A program made the translations under genes and the position numbers. DNA of 64,000 nt. Origin: Patescibacteria group bacterium (GTDB taxonomy: Bacteria > Patescibacteriota > Minisyncoccia > UBA6257 > 2-01-FULL-56-20). Below the pieces are notes generated by a model. That model was not told where the DNA came from, did not search any database, and saw nothing but the letters and a program-made list of their open reading frames with translations. Shown piece after piece: positions 27,009 to 35,398 of this stretch (position 1 is the first letter of the stretch; each line of letters begins with the position of its first letter). The stretch is taken from positions 34,168 through 98,167 of the forward strand of contig JAGWKM010000001.1 in assembly GCA_028865305.1 (NCBI GenBank), read 5' to 3'.

Positions 27009-28286
27009 ATGTCCAGACTAAAAAAAATTTTCTACAACTTTCCCGGTCTCTTTTCGACTTACCATTTCCTCTGGGCGTGGGCGGGCGCAAGGTTGCACGG
27101 TCATCCAAGCGGGAAAATTTTTGTCATCGGTGTTACCGGTACGAAGGGCAAGACGACGACCTTGGAGCTCGTGAATGCGGTACTTGAAGCCGCTGGCAAA
27201 AAGACCGCGCTCCTTTCCTCGCTCCGCGAAAAGATCGGTGATGAAAGCCGCAAAAACACGGCAGGCAATTCCATGCCCGGCCGCGGTTATATCCAAAAGT
27301 TTTTGGATCGCGCCGTCCGGGCCGGCTGCAGCTACGCGCTCGTTGAAGTTACCTCGCAAGGCGTCGTTGCTCATCGGCATCGCTTCGTCGATTGGAATAT
27401 GGGAGTTTTCACGAACATCCATCCCGAGCACATTGAATCGCATGGCTCGTTCGAGAATTACCGCAAGGCGAAATTGGATTTTTTAAAATACGTCCTCAAA
27501 AAAGGCGGTATGGTTTTCATCAACCGCGACGATCCGTCTTATGCCTTCATGAAACTGGCGCTCGAAGGCAGGGCGATGGAATTCACAAAAGAAGACGATT
27601 GGCTCAAAAATTATTTGCCAAAACTGCAAACGCCGGTCCGGTCGGCGGCGGGATCCGCGCGGAAATTCTGGCTGAGCGGTTTCAACGAAGAAAACATTGC
27701 CGTTGCGGCTGCGATCGCGCACGAATTGGGCATCAATGACCGCATTGTCGAACAGGGGATTATGGGCTTCCAGGGCGTGCCGGGCCGGATGGAATTCGTA
27801 TCGGCGGGCGGTTATACGGCAATCGTCGATTATGCCCACACGCCGGAGTCGCTCGAGGCGGCGTATGGTGCGGCGCGGAGCGTTATGGAAGACAGGGGGC
27901 AGGGCGCATCCTCTAAGCTTATCTGCGTTCTCGGTGCGGCGGGCGGCGGGCGCGACAAATGGAAGCGGCCCGAATTCGGTAAAATCGCGGCGCATTATTG
28001 CGACCGGATCATTTTGACGGACGAAGATCCGTACGATGAGGATCCGGAAAAGATTTTAGATGAAGTGGAGGAAGGCATCAAATCGGTGCCTTACCCGCGC
28101 CCCGAGGTGCTGCGGATCCTGGACCGCCGGAAAGCGATCGAGCGAGCGGTGTGGTTTATGAATGAAGGCGATCTCGTGATCGGCACGGGCAAAGGCAGTG
28201 AAGATTGGATTCATGTGGCGAAAGGGAGGAAAATCCCGTGGAGCGAGCGGCGCGCGTTCGAAGACGCGCTCTTGGGTAAAAAATGA
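27009..28286 (+). CDS. murE: UDP-N-acetylmuramoyl-tripeptide synthetase (MurE-like)
   Basis: GVTGTKGKTTT, EVTSQG, DYAHTP, GGGRDKWKRP, DEDP, GKGSE. Confidence 0.9.
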   Translation: MSRLKKIFYNFPGLFSTYHFLWAWAGARLHGHPSGKIFVIGVTGTKGKTTTLELVNAVLEAAGKKTALLSSLREKIGDESRKNTAGNSMPGRGYIQKFLDRAVRAGCSYALVEVTSQGVVAHRHRFVDWNMGVFTNIHPEHIESHGSFENYRKAKLDFLKYVLKKGGMVFINRDDPSYAFMKLALEGRAMEFTKEDDWLKNYLPKLQTPVRSAAGSARKFWLSGFNEENIAVAAAIAHELGINDRIVEQGIMGFQGVPGRMEFVSAGGYTAIVDYAHTPESLEAAYGAARSVMEDRGQGASSKLICVLGAAGGGRDKWKRPEFGKIAAHYCDRIILTDEDPYDEDPEKILDEVEEGIKSVPYPRPEVLRILDRRKAIERAVWFMNEGDLVIGTGKGSEDWIHVAKGRKIPWSERRAFEDALLGKK

Positions 28287-28447
28287 AGATACTTTTTTCG
28301 CCGCTCCGCGGAGCGGCGTCCCATTGGCACGGGCGTCGATGGGATTAAGCTCCATTCTCTTCCTCGTGGAGTGGAGTTTTAGTCCGGAGAGAGATAAAAA
28401 AAGCGCACCCGGAGGCGCGCGCGAAACGTTTTTTGAAAAATGGTTGT

Positions 28448-28654
28448 TCAATTCACCCTCCTTTGCGGAGGCGTGAATCCCGGCGGGCAGAGCGGTTCCC
28501 GCCGCGGGTAATTGGGGCACCGCAGGATTGCCTGGGGATTTTTAGCTGCCGTTTGTTTGGGTGAGGCGGATGGGGAGGGGGGCGTGGTCGGGTTCGGTTT
28601 TTTGATCCCCCATTCGCGAGCGAGTCGGGCTACTTCTTGGTTCATATCGCTCAT
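28448..28654 (-). CDS. small hypothetical protein
   Basis: GAGGTG SD before ATG; Pro-rich. Confidence 0.35.
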   Translation of the reverse strand: MSDMNQEVARLAREWGIKKPNPTTPPSPSASPKQTAAKNPQAILRCPNYPRREPLCPPGFTPPQRRVN

Positions 28655-28666
28655 TCACCACCTCGG

Positions 28667-28864
28667 TCATCGTCCGAAGGCGAACCGGTAATTCACATAC
28701 TGGCCGCGGTGATTCCCGCGCCGCGGGCAGAGCCGCCGCGCGAGAAAAGCCATCATCGGCCGGATCCTTCTCGGCGTTGCCACCTCCCTGAATTGACAGC
28801 GGAGGAATCTCCGCATGGCGTTTATTCGCACCCTCAGATACCTCGCGTTTCGAGGTGCTGCCAT
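28667..28864 (-). CDS. small basic hypothetical protein
   Basis: AAGGAG SD upstream; Arg-rich; competes with ORF 28542-28895. Confidence 0.3.
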   Translation of the reverse strand: MAAPRNARYLRVRINAMRRFLRCQFREVATPRRIRPMMAFLARRLCPRRGNHRGQYVNYRFAFGR

Positions 28865-28990
28865 TTTCTCTTTCTCCTTGGTTTTTCTCCACCAAAGTTG
28901 GGGCTTTGATTATCCTATAGTGATCCCAACTTCATGTCAAATTCATTCAATTCTTAGGCCGATCCCTAAAATCCATGTTAAAATACATTC

Positions 28991-30358
28991 ATGGAACTTA
29001 CTTTTTACGGCGGCGTCGGGGAGGCGACCGGGGCGAATTATCTTTTGGAACAAGGGACAAGGGACAAGGAGCAGGGAAACTCCCGAATCATGATCGATTG
29101 CGGATTGCACCAGGGCAGCCACTATGCCGAAAAGGAAAATTTCGAACCGTTCCCGTACGATCCCAAAACCGTCGCCGCGGTTTTCATCACGCACGCGCAC
29201 TTGGACCATATCGGCCGTTTGCCGAGCTTAGTGAAGGCGGGATTCACGGGCAAGATTTATTCAACGTCCGCAACGAAGGATTTTGCGGAGCTTATGCTCC
29301 TGGATTCCGAGCACATCCTGGCAAAGGAGGCCGAGCGCGAACATAAGGCGCCGCTCTATACGACTGAAGATGTCCATCGGGTTATGGCTTTATGGCACCG
29401 GTTGGGCTATCACCAGGCGGTTTCCATCGGCGAATTTTCCGTTGAGGCGTTCGACGCGGGCCATATTCTCGGGTCTGCGAGCTACCGGGTCAAGGCCGGC
29501 GGGAAATCGGTCGTCTTTTCCGGCGACCTCGGCAATTTTCCGGCGCTCATCATCAGACCCACGGAGCCGGTCGATGCCGCTGACTATTGCGTAGTCGAAT
29601 CCACCTACGGCGATCGGATGCACGAATTCGTTGACCGGCGCCGCGAAATGCTGGAGCGCGCCGTTGAGGACACGGTGAAATCCGGCGGGACCTTGATGAT
29701 TCCCACGTTCGCGCTCGAGCGTACGCAGGAAATGCTTTACCATTTGCACCAGCTGTTTGAAGAAGGCCGCATTCCGCGCGTGCCGGTGTTCATCGATAGC
29801 CCTTTGGCGATCAAATTGACTTCGATTTACAAAAAATACGAAGGATCGTTCAATGCCGAAACGCGGGCAGTCGCGGAATCCGGCGACGATATCCTGAATT
29901 TTCCCGGATTGCGGTTGACGCTCACAACCGAACAATCCAAGGAGATCAACGGCGCACCTTCGCCGAAAATCATCATTGCGGGCTCCGGCATGTCGAACGG
30001 CGGCCGGATTTTACACCATGAAATGCGGTATCTCTCGGATCCAAAGAGCGCGATTATCTTTGTCGGCTATCAGGCGCAGGGCTCGCTCGGCCGGCTGATT
30101 CTTGATGGCGCGAAAGAGGTGCGGATCTTGGGAGAGGCGGTGCCGGTGCGGTGCAAAGTGGTCAATATCCCCGGATATTCCGCGCATGCGGACCAGTCGC
30201 GCTTAATGGATTGGGTCGGGCGCATGAAGGGGTCGCTTAAAAAAGCGTTCGTAGTCCAGGGCGAAGAGCAGTCGAGCTCCGTTTTGGCGGCAAAGATCCG
30301 GGATGAACTCGCAATCGATGCGGAAATGCCGAAGGCGGGAGAAAGCGTGGAGTTGTAG
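28991..30358 (+). CDS. beta-CASP metallo-beta-lactamase ribonuclease
   Basis: THAHLDHIG, AGHILGS, ESTYG, SGMSNGGRILHH, YSAHAD. Confidence 0.95.
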   Translation: MELTFYGGVGEATGANYLLEQGTRDKEQGNSRIMIDCGLHQGSHYAEKENFEPFPYDPKTVAAVFITHAHLDHIGRLPSLVKAGFTGKIYSTSATKDFAELMLLDSEHILAKEAEREHKAPLYTTEDVHRVMALWHRLGYHQAVSIGEFSVEAFDAGHILGSASYRVKAGGKSVVFSGDLGNFPALIIRPTEPVDAADYCVVESTYGDRMHEFVDRRREMLERAVEDTVKSGGTLMIPTFALERTQEMLYHLHQLFEEGRIPRVPVFIDSPLAIKLTSIYKKYEGSFNAETRAVAESGDDILNFPGLRLTLTTEQSKEINGAPSPKIIIAGSGMSNGGRILHHEMRYLSDPKSAIIFVGYQAQGSLGRLILDGAKEVRILGEAVPVRCKVVNIPGYSAHADQSRLMDWVGRMKGSLKKAFVVQGEEQSSSVLAAKIRDELAIDAEMPKAGESVEL

Positions 30359-30513
30359 GATGAGGTGCGACCTGCTGATTTACGCATGGTACGGATTTAC
30401 TAATTACCAATCTCGCCAATGCCGGCTTCCTGCAATTCGTACAGTTCGTATAGTAGCAGGTTATTCCCTGGATTTGTTGATGACAGAAAGAATTACTTCA
30501 ATATAATTACAAT

Positions 30514-31092
30514 ATGGATAACAAATCGCAAACCCTGAAATACAAAATCGCCGTTTCCGGCGCCGCTGAAACTGAATTCATGCCACCGGATGCCTTGCCA
30601 CGGGCCGAAATGATCGGCCGGGCTATCGCAAGACACGGATTGGTCACGGTGACGGGAGCGACGACCGGCGCTCCTTACTGGGCCGCCAAGGGCGCCAAGG
30701 CGGAAGGGGGACTCGTCATCGGCATTTCGCCGGCCTCCACCAAGCGCGAGCATGAGAAGACCTATGGTTTGCCGACGGAATATCACGACCTCATCATCTA
30801 CACCGGCTTCGGCTATTCCGGCCGGAACCTGCTCTTTACGCGCGCGGCGGACGCCGTCATCACGGTTGCCGGGCGCATCGGCACCCTGAACGAGTTCACG
30901 GATGCTTTCGAAGATAAGAAGCCGCAGGGCGTTTTATTGCATGCCGGCGGCACGACCAATTTGGCGGAGGAAATTTTGAAGGAGGCGCATCGCGGGATGG
31001 GAAAGGTCGTTTTCGATTCCGATCCGGAATCGCTTGTTAAGAAGGTCCTTGCAATGATAGAAAAAGAGGAGCAGGAAAGGGAAATCGAATGA
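30514..31092 (+). CDS. LOG family nucleotide-binding protein
   Basis: TGATTG, GISP, GRN, GRIGTLNEF. Confidence 0.85.
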   Translation: MDNKSQTLKYKIAVSGAAETEFMPPDALPRAEMIGRAIARHGLVTVTGATTGAPYWAAKGAKAEGGLVIGISPASTKREHEKTYGLPTEYHDLIIYTGFGYSGRNLLFTRAADAVITVAGRIGTLNEFTDAFEDKKPQGVLLHAGGTTNLAEEILKEAHRGMGKVVFDSDPESLVKKVLAMIEKEEQEREIE

Positions 31093-31120
31093 CCAACGGC
31101 AAATGAACGGGGCAAATAAC

Positions 31121-31456
31121 ATGAAAAAGAAAACCAAAAAAACAAAAAAGGCTGCGAAGCCAAAAAAGAAAGCAGTGAAGGCGAAAAAAAAGACGGTGAG
31201 GAAAGTTCCAAAAGTCCCGAAGCCGATCGGAACGGTCACTCATTTTTATAACGAGATCAGCGTGGCAATCGTGAAGTTCAAGGAACCGGTTCTGCTTGGT
31301 GCCAACCTTCATTTCAAAGGCGCCACGACCGATTTCGAGCATTCGGTCAAATCGATGCAGTTGGACCACAAACCCATCTTAAAAGCTCCGAAAGGGAAGC
31401 TCGTCGGCATCAAAGTGAAAAAGCGCGTGAGGGAAGGAGACCTCGTTTTGAAATGA
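31121..31456 (+). CDS. Lys-rich protein with translation-factor-like beta-barrel
   Basis: IGTVTHFYNEISVAIV...SMQLDH...GIKV...VREGD. Confidence 0.7.
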   Translation: MKKKTKKTKKAAKPKKKAVKAKKKTVRKVPKVPKPIGTVTHFYNEISVAIVKFKEPVLLGANLHFKGATTDFEHSVKSMQLDHKPILKAPKGKLVGIKVKKRVREGDLVLK

Positions 31457-31466
31457 CGGATGCCAA

Positions 31467-32564
31467 ATGGCTAATGTAAAAACAGTATTGATTATTGCGG
31501 CGGCGACTATCGGGAGCGGGGTTTTTGCTTTGCCTTATCTTTTTGAGACCGCCGGCTGGGCACTCTGTTTGCTCTATTATTTAATCTGGGCCGCCGTCGT
31601 CATCGGCGCGCAGGCGGTATATTTGAAAACGCTGGAAGCCGTCGATGAGCGCGAGCGGCTCTTGGGGCTTGCCCGGAAATATTTCGGGCGCTTCGGTTTT
31701 TGGGTCGGCTTTTTTGCCATCGTGGTCGGGCTGCTTTTGAGCTTCGTCATTTTCCTTCTTCTCGGTTCGCAGTTCGTCCATCTTTTGCTTCCTCAAGTTG
31801 TTGGTTATTGGCCGCTGGCCATTTTCTGGTTCCTCATTTCCGTTCCCGTCCTCCTCCGCGACCGGCGCGCTACGAATTTTGAAATGGTTGGCGTAGTTTG
31901 CGTGGCGGCGCTTATCCTGTTTATTTTTATCGCTTCGCGCTGGTCAGTCGCGCTGCGCCCTGCGCCGCCGCTTATTACGGCAAATTATTTCCTCCCGCTT
32001 GGTATAATCCTCTTCACGCTTGCCGGTTGGACAGGGGTGGAGCCGGTGTTTGAAACAAGGAGCAGGGGACAGGGAACAAGGAATAAGGAAATTGCATCGC
32101 TCGCTATTGGAACGATTCTTGCGGTCATGCTCTATATTCTGTTTACGGTCGGCATACTGAACTCCGCGCCGCAGGTTGTTCCGGATACCATTTCGGGACT
32201 CGTGAGCTGGCCGGTTTGGAAAAAGGATCTTGTTGCGCTGGTCGGCCTGGTTGCCCTCTGGACGGTTTCCATGCCGATTGCGCACGAAATCCGTAACGCG
32301 CTCGAGAAGGATTTGAAGTGGAACCCGGTTTCATCAAAGCTCGTCATCATCGGCTTGCCGCTTGCCGTCGTTCTTTCCGGGCTTAATAATTTTTTAACCG
32401 TGCTTGGATTTGCTGGCGGCGTTTTTATCAGTATTCAGTATCTGCTGATAGTCGCCGTCGGACGCAAGACGCTCCGGCTTTCGCAAGCGCAAAAGGCGCT
32501 GCTTGACGTCGCAGCTCTTGTCTTCCTGGTTGCCGCGGTTTATTCTGTGTATGCGTTTATCTGA
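31467..32564 (+). CDS. aromatic amino acid permease family transporter
   Basis: TIGSGVFALPY, ~11 hydrophobic segments. Confidence 0.85.
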   Translation: MANVKTVLIIAAATIGSGVFALPYLFETAGWALCLLYYLIWAAVVIGAQAVYLKTLEAVDERERLLGLARKYFGRFGFWVGFFAIVVGLLLSFVIFLLLGSQFVHLLLPQVVGYWPLAIFWFLISVPVLLRDRRATNFEMVGVVCVAALILFIFIASRWSVALRPAPPLITANYFLPLGIILFTLAGWTGVEPVFETRSRGQGTRNKEIASLAIGTILAVMLYILFTVGILNSAPQVVPDTISGLVSWPVWKKDLVALVGLVALWTVSMPIAHEIRNALEKDLKWNPVSSKLVIIGLPLAVVLSGLNNFLTVLGFAGGVFISIQYLLIVAVGRKTLRLSQAQKALLDVAALVFLVAAVYSVYAFI

Positions 32565-32650
32565 GAAAAAGCAGGCGGCAAGGGACAGGCAATAAGAATG
32601 ATTTATTTTTCCACTTTTTTCTTATTGCTTATTTCTTGCTTCCTTAAAAA

Positions 32651-32722
32651 GCTCTCGTCGTTCAATGGATAGGATGCCTCCCTCCGAAGGAGGCGATGCA
32701 AGTTCGATTCTTGCCGAGAGCA
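32651..32722 (+). tRNA. tRNA-Arg(CCG)
   Basis: GCTCTCG/CGAGAGC acceptor, CCTCC-CT CCG AA-GGAGG, GTTCGATTC; CCA not encoded. Confidence 0.95.
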
Positions 32723-32789
32723 CAGCGTTTTGGAATTCATCTTAAAATATCCCATCCCGAAGCCCGGGCGGGAGATTTTCAGATGGGTT

Positions 32790-33158
32790 TTAAGCTTCCC
32801 CGAACAGGTGGTAGTGGTAGACCACGATGAGATAGATCGCGGCGAGGATGAAAAATCCGGCCAGGCCTGCGCCAATGGCGAGTTTTGAGCCGATCCGCGG
32901 CGCAAGATAAGCGACCAGCAACATGTAAGGAACCCAAGAAATAATGGTGCCGATGAGTACGAACCATGCATGCTGGCCGACTGCTTTGCCACCCCTCGAT
33001 TCACCGATGAAAATATACGCCACGAGCGTGAAGACCGGCATAAGCGTGGCGAAGCCCGAAAGAAGCCGCGAACCGTTTTCTTCGAGCGCGACGATGAGTG
33101 CCGTGAAAATACCGCCCGTCAGGAAATACACAAAGTAATTTTTCAGCTGGGGCCACAT
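32790..33158 (-). CDS. small 4-TM membrane protein (DUF3147/GlpM-like)
   Basis: YFLTGG, GFATLMPVFT; four hydrophobic segments. Confidence 0.7.
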   Translation of the reverse strand: MWPQLKNYFVYFLTGGIFTALIVALEENGSRLLSGFATLMPVFTLVAYIFIGESRGGKAVGQHAWFVLIGTIISWVPYMLLVAYLAPRIGSKLAIGAGLAGFFILAAIYLIVVYHYHLFGEA

Positions 33159-33194
33159 TACCTTCATTATATCGCACAAGGTGTGTTATCATAA

Positions 33195-33677
33195 ATGCTC
33201 ATGGATACCCTTATTGTTTTTGCGGCATCTTATCTTTATATTTTCGTTCTGCTTATCGCGGCCATTTTCTTTTTGACCAGGCCGAAGCAGACCATGAAAA
33301 GCATGGCAATTTGCGGCATCGTTGTCGCTCCGCTTGCATACCTTATCTCAAGGATTTCGTCGCATTTTTATTACGATCCCCGACCTTTCGTCGTTGGTCA
33401 TTTTGCCCCATTGATTGCACACGCTGCGGATAATGGCTTTCCATCGGATCACGTGTTGCTTACCGGCGCCGTTGCGATGATCGTTTGGTTCTATAACAAA
33501 AAATTAAGCGCTGTCCTTTGGGCTCTGGCGTTCCTCATCGGATGGGCCCGGGTTTCCGCAGGAATCCACCATTCGACGGATATTATCGGCAGCATCGTCA
33601 TAGTTCTTGTTTCTGGCATAATCTATTATTTCGCTGCCCGTCTGATAAAGGGCGTTCCCGGCAAAAGTTTTCAATAA
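33195..33677 (+). CDS. PAP2 family phosphatase (BcrC-like)
   Basis: PRPF, FPSDH, ARV.AGIH..TD. Confidence 0.9.
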   Translation: MLMDTLIVFAASYLYIFVLLIAAIFFLTRPKQTMKSMAICGIVVAPLAYLISRISSHFYYDPRPFVVGHFAPLIAHAADNGFPSDHVLLTGAVAMIVWFYNKKLSAVLWALAFLIGWARVSAGIHHSTDIIGSIVIVLVSGIIYYFAARLIKGVPGKSFQ

Positions 33678-34098
33678 AAAACCGGGCGCTGGCGCCCGAT
33701 TGGATAAACTCCGGAAGACCGGACCTTTTCGGAATCCGTGGGACGGATTTCATCATCCGGCGCGTCCAGGAGAGCACAATCTTCTGTCGGAACATCTCAA
33801 GGCGAGGTGTTTCCTGTGCCACGGCGATGATGTGGTTGATCGCCTCACTCCGCGCTTTCAGGAACTCCATCCATCGGATTTCCACAATGCTTTCGTATCC
33901 CGGGTTTGGCTGGGCGCGTTTCCAAATATGAAACCTTTCGCGCGCCGTTTCTGCCTTTTCTTCCGCCTCGACCATCTTTTGCCGGAGGGATTCCGGCAGC
34001 GCATCAACATCACCGGGCCGGGTGAGCAGCCGGGGTGTCGGTGCCGTTTGGGCAACAGCCCAAACTGAACCCAAAGCCAGAATCAAAATGAGCTTCAT
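33598..34098 (-). CDS. hypothetical secreted protein
   Basis: AGGAGGAGG SD, signal-peptide-like N-terminus. Confidence 0.5.
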   Translation of the reverse strand: MKLILILALGSVWAVAQTAPTPRLLTRPGDVDALPESLRQKMVEAEEKAETARERFHIWKRAQPNPGYESIVEIRWMEFLKARSEAINHIIAVAQETPRLEMFRQKIVLSWTRRMMKSVPRIPKRSGLPEFIQSGASARFFIENFCRERPLSDGQRNNRLCQKQEL

Positions 34099-34138
34099 GA
34101 AACCTCCTCCTACCCAGAATATAAGCTATAATGGCGTT

Positions 34139-34768
34139 ATGGACAAGGAGGCGGTACTCGCGGAGCTGGAGGCGGAAATGGCCCGTGCGGCTCTGCCTTT
34201 GCGCGAATCAAACTTGGTCTTCGGCGAAGGGGACATTGATTGCAAGGTGATGTTCATCGGTGAAGCGCCGGGAGAAACGGAGGACCGGTTGAAGCGGCCG
34301 TTCGTCGGGCGCGGCGGCCAGCTGCTCGATAGGATGATTGAGGGCATCGGTTGGAAGCGCGAAGATGTTTATATCACGAATATCGTGAAGCGCCGGCCGC
34401 CGCAGAATCGCGACCCTTTGCCGGAAGAAATTGAGGCTTACCGGCCGTATCTCACGCGCCAGATCGGGATTATCGATCCGCAGGTCATTGTCACACTCGG
34501 CCGTTTCTCGATGAATTATTTTTTGCCTGAAGCGAAAATTTCGCGCGACCGGGGGCGCACGTTCAATATCGATGGAAGGATAATTTATCCCGTTTTCCAT
34601 CCCGCGGCCGCGCTCCGCTCGCCCGACATGATGAAAGGTCTGCAGGAAGATTTTCAAAAGCTGCCAAGCGTGGTGAATGGCGAACTCGTAACAAGCATCG
34701 TCTTGCCCGACGCGCGGGCAGGAGAAAAACCGAAGCCGAAAAAAACGCAGCAAGGAAGTTTGTTTTAA
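34139..34768 (+). CDS. uracil-DNA glycosylase family 4
   Basis: GEAPG..ED...PFVG, RPPQNRDP, HPAA. Confidence 0.93.
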   Translation: MDKEAVLAELEAEMARAALPLRESNLVFGEGDIDCKVMFIGEAPGETEDRLKRPFVGRGGQLLDRMIEGIGWKREDVYITNIVKRRPPQNRDPLPEEIEAYRPYLTRQIGIIDPQVIVTLGRFSMNYFLPEAKISRDRGRTFNIDGRIIYPVFHPAAALRSPDMMKGLQEDFQKLPSVVNGELVTSIVLPDARAGEKPKPKKTQQGSLF

Positions 34769-34794
34769 ACGCCCGACGGCATCTTATCTTTGGA

Positions 34795-34945
34795 ACCCCG
34801 TCGTCCGCGCGAAAATCATGGTTGCTGCGCGAAGCGCGACGGCCGGCAAACGGTTGAGGGACCAGGCGCGCGCTGCCGCAGGAGCAGCGCGACGCCGTGT
34901 CTTGCGAGGGCATCGGCTATTTTCCGCCTGCTACATTCCGCGGAG
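34795..34945. repeat. decayed relative of the 25920-26138 element
   Basis: shared GCGCGAAGCGCGACG and CGCGACGCCGTGTCTTG. Confidence 0.7.
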
Positions 34946-34968
34946 GATTTCTTTGTTATACTGAACCT

Positions 34969-35310
34969 ATGAGCTTTTCCCTCGTCTACCTCTTCCAGCG
35001 CTTTTTCTTCCGCATCTACGATTTCTTTCATCACTGGTATGTCGACGGCTCCCGCGCTTTCGGCCGGGTTTTTATCCGCACGCTTGAGGAAACCGATAAG
35101 GTATTGGCCATCAAAATCACGCTCCGCTATTTTTTCCAGCCGCTCTATGGCGACTATACCGCCATGGGCCGCATCCTTGGCGTGATCTTTCGGACTGGCA
35201 GGATTTTGGTCGGCGCTGCGGTATATACGTTTTTAATCATATTGTTTGCGGCGGCCTTTGCGGTTTGGATTGCGGCGCCGGCGGCAATTTTAATGTTGGC
35301 TTTAAAATAA
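34969..35310 (+). CDS. membrane protein upstream of Clp ATPase
   Basis: HHWY, FFQPLYGD, C-terminal hydrophobic segment. Confidence 0.75.
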   Translation: MSFSLVYLFQRFFFRIYDFFHHWYVDGSRAFGRVFIRTLEETDKVLAIKITLRYFFQPLYGDYTAMGRILGVIFRTGRILVGAAVYTFLIILFAAAFAVWIAAPAAILMLALK

Positions 35311-35398
35311 TGCGAACTATGCGAATGGATATTATCGCGATTCGGATTGGCTGGCATTCGCCGCATGCGCGCATCCCTTCGCTCTATCTGCATCATAT

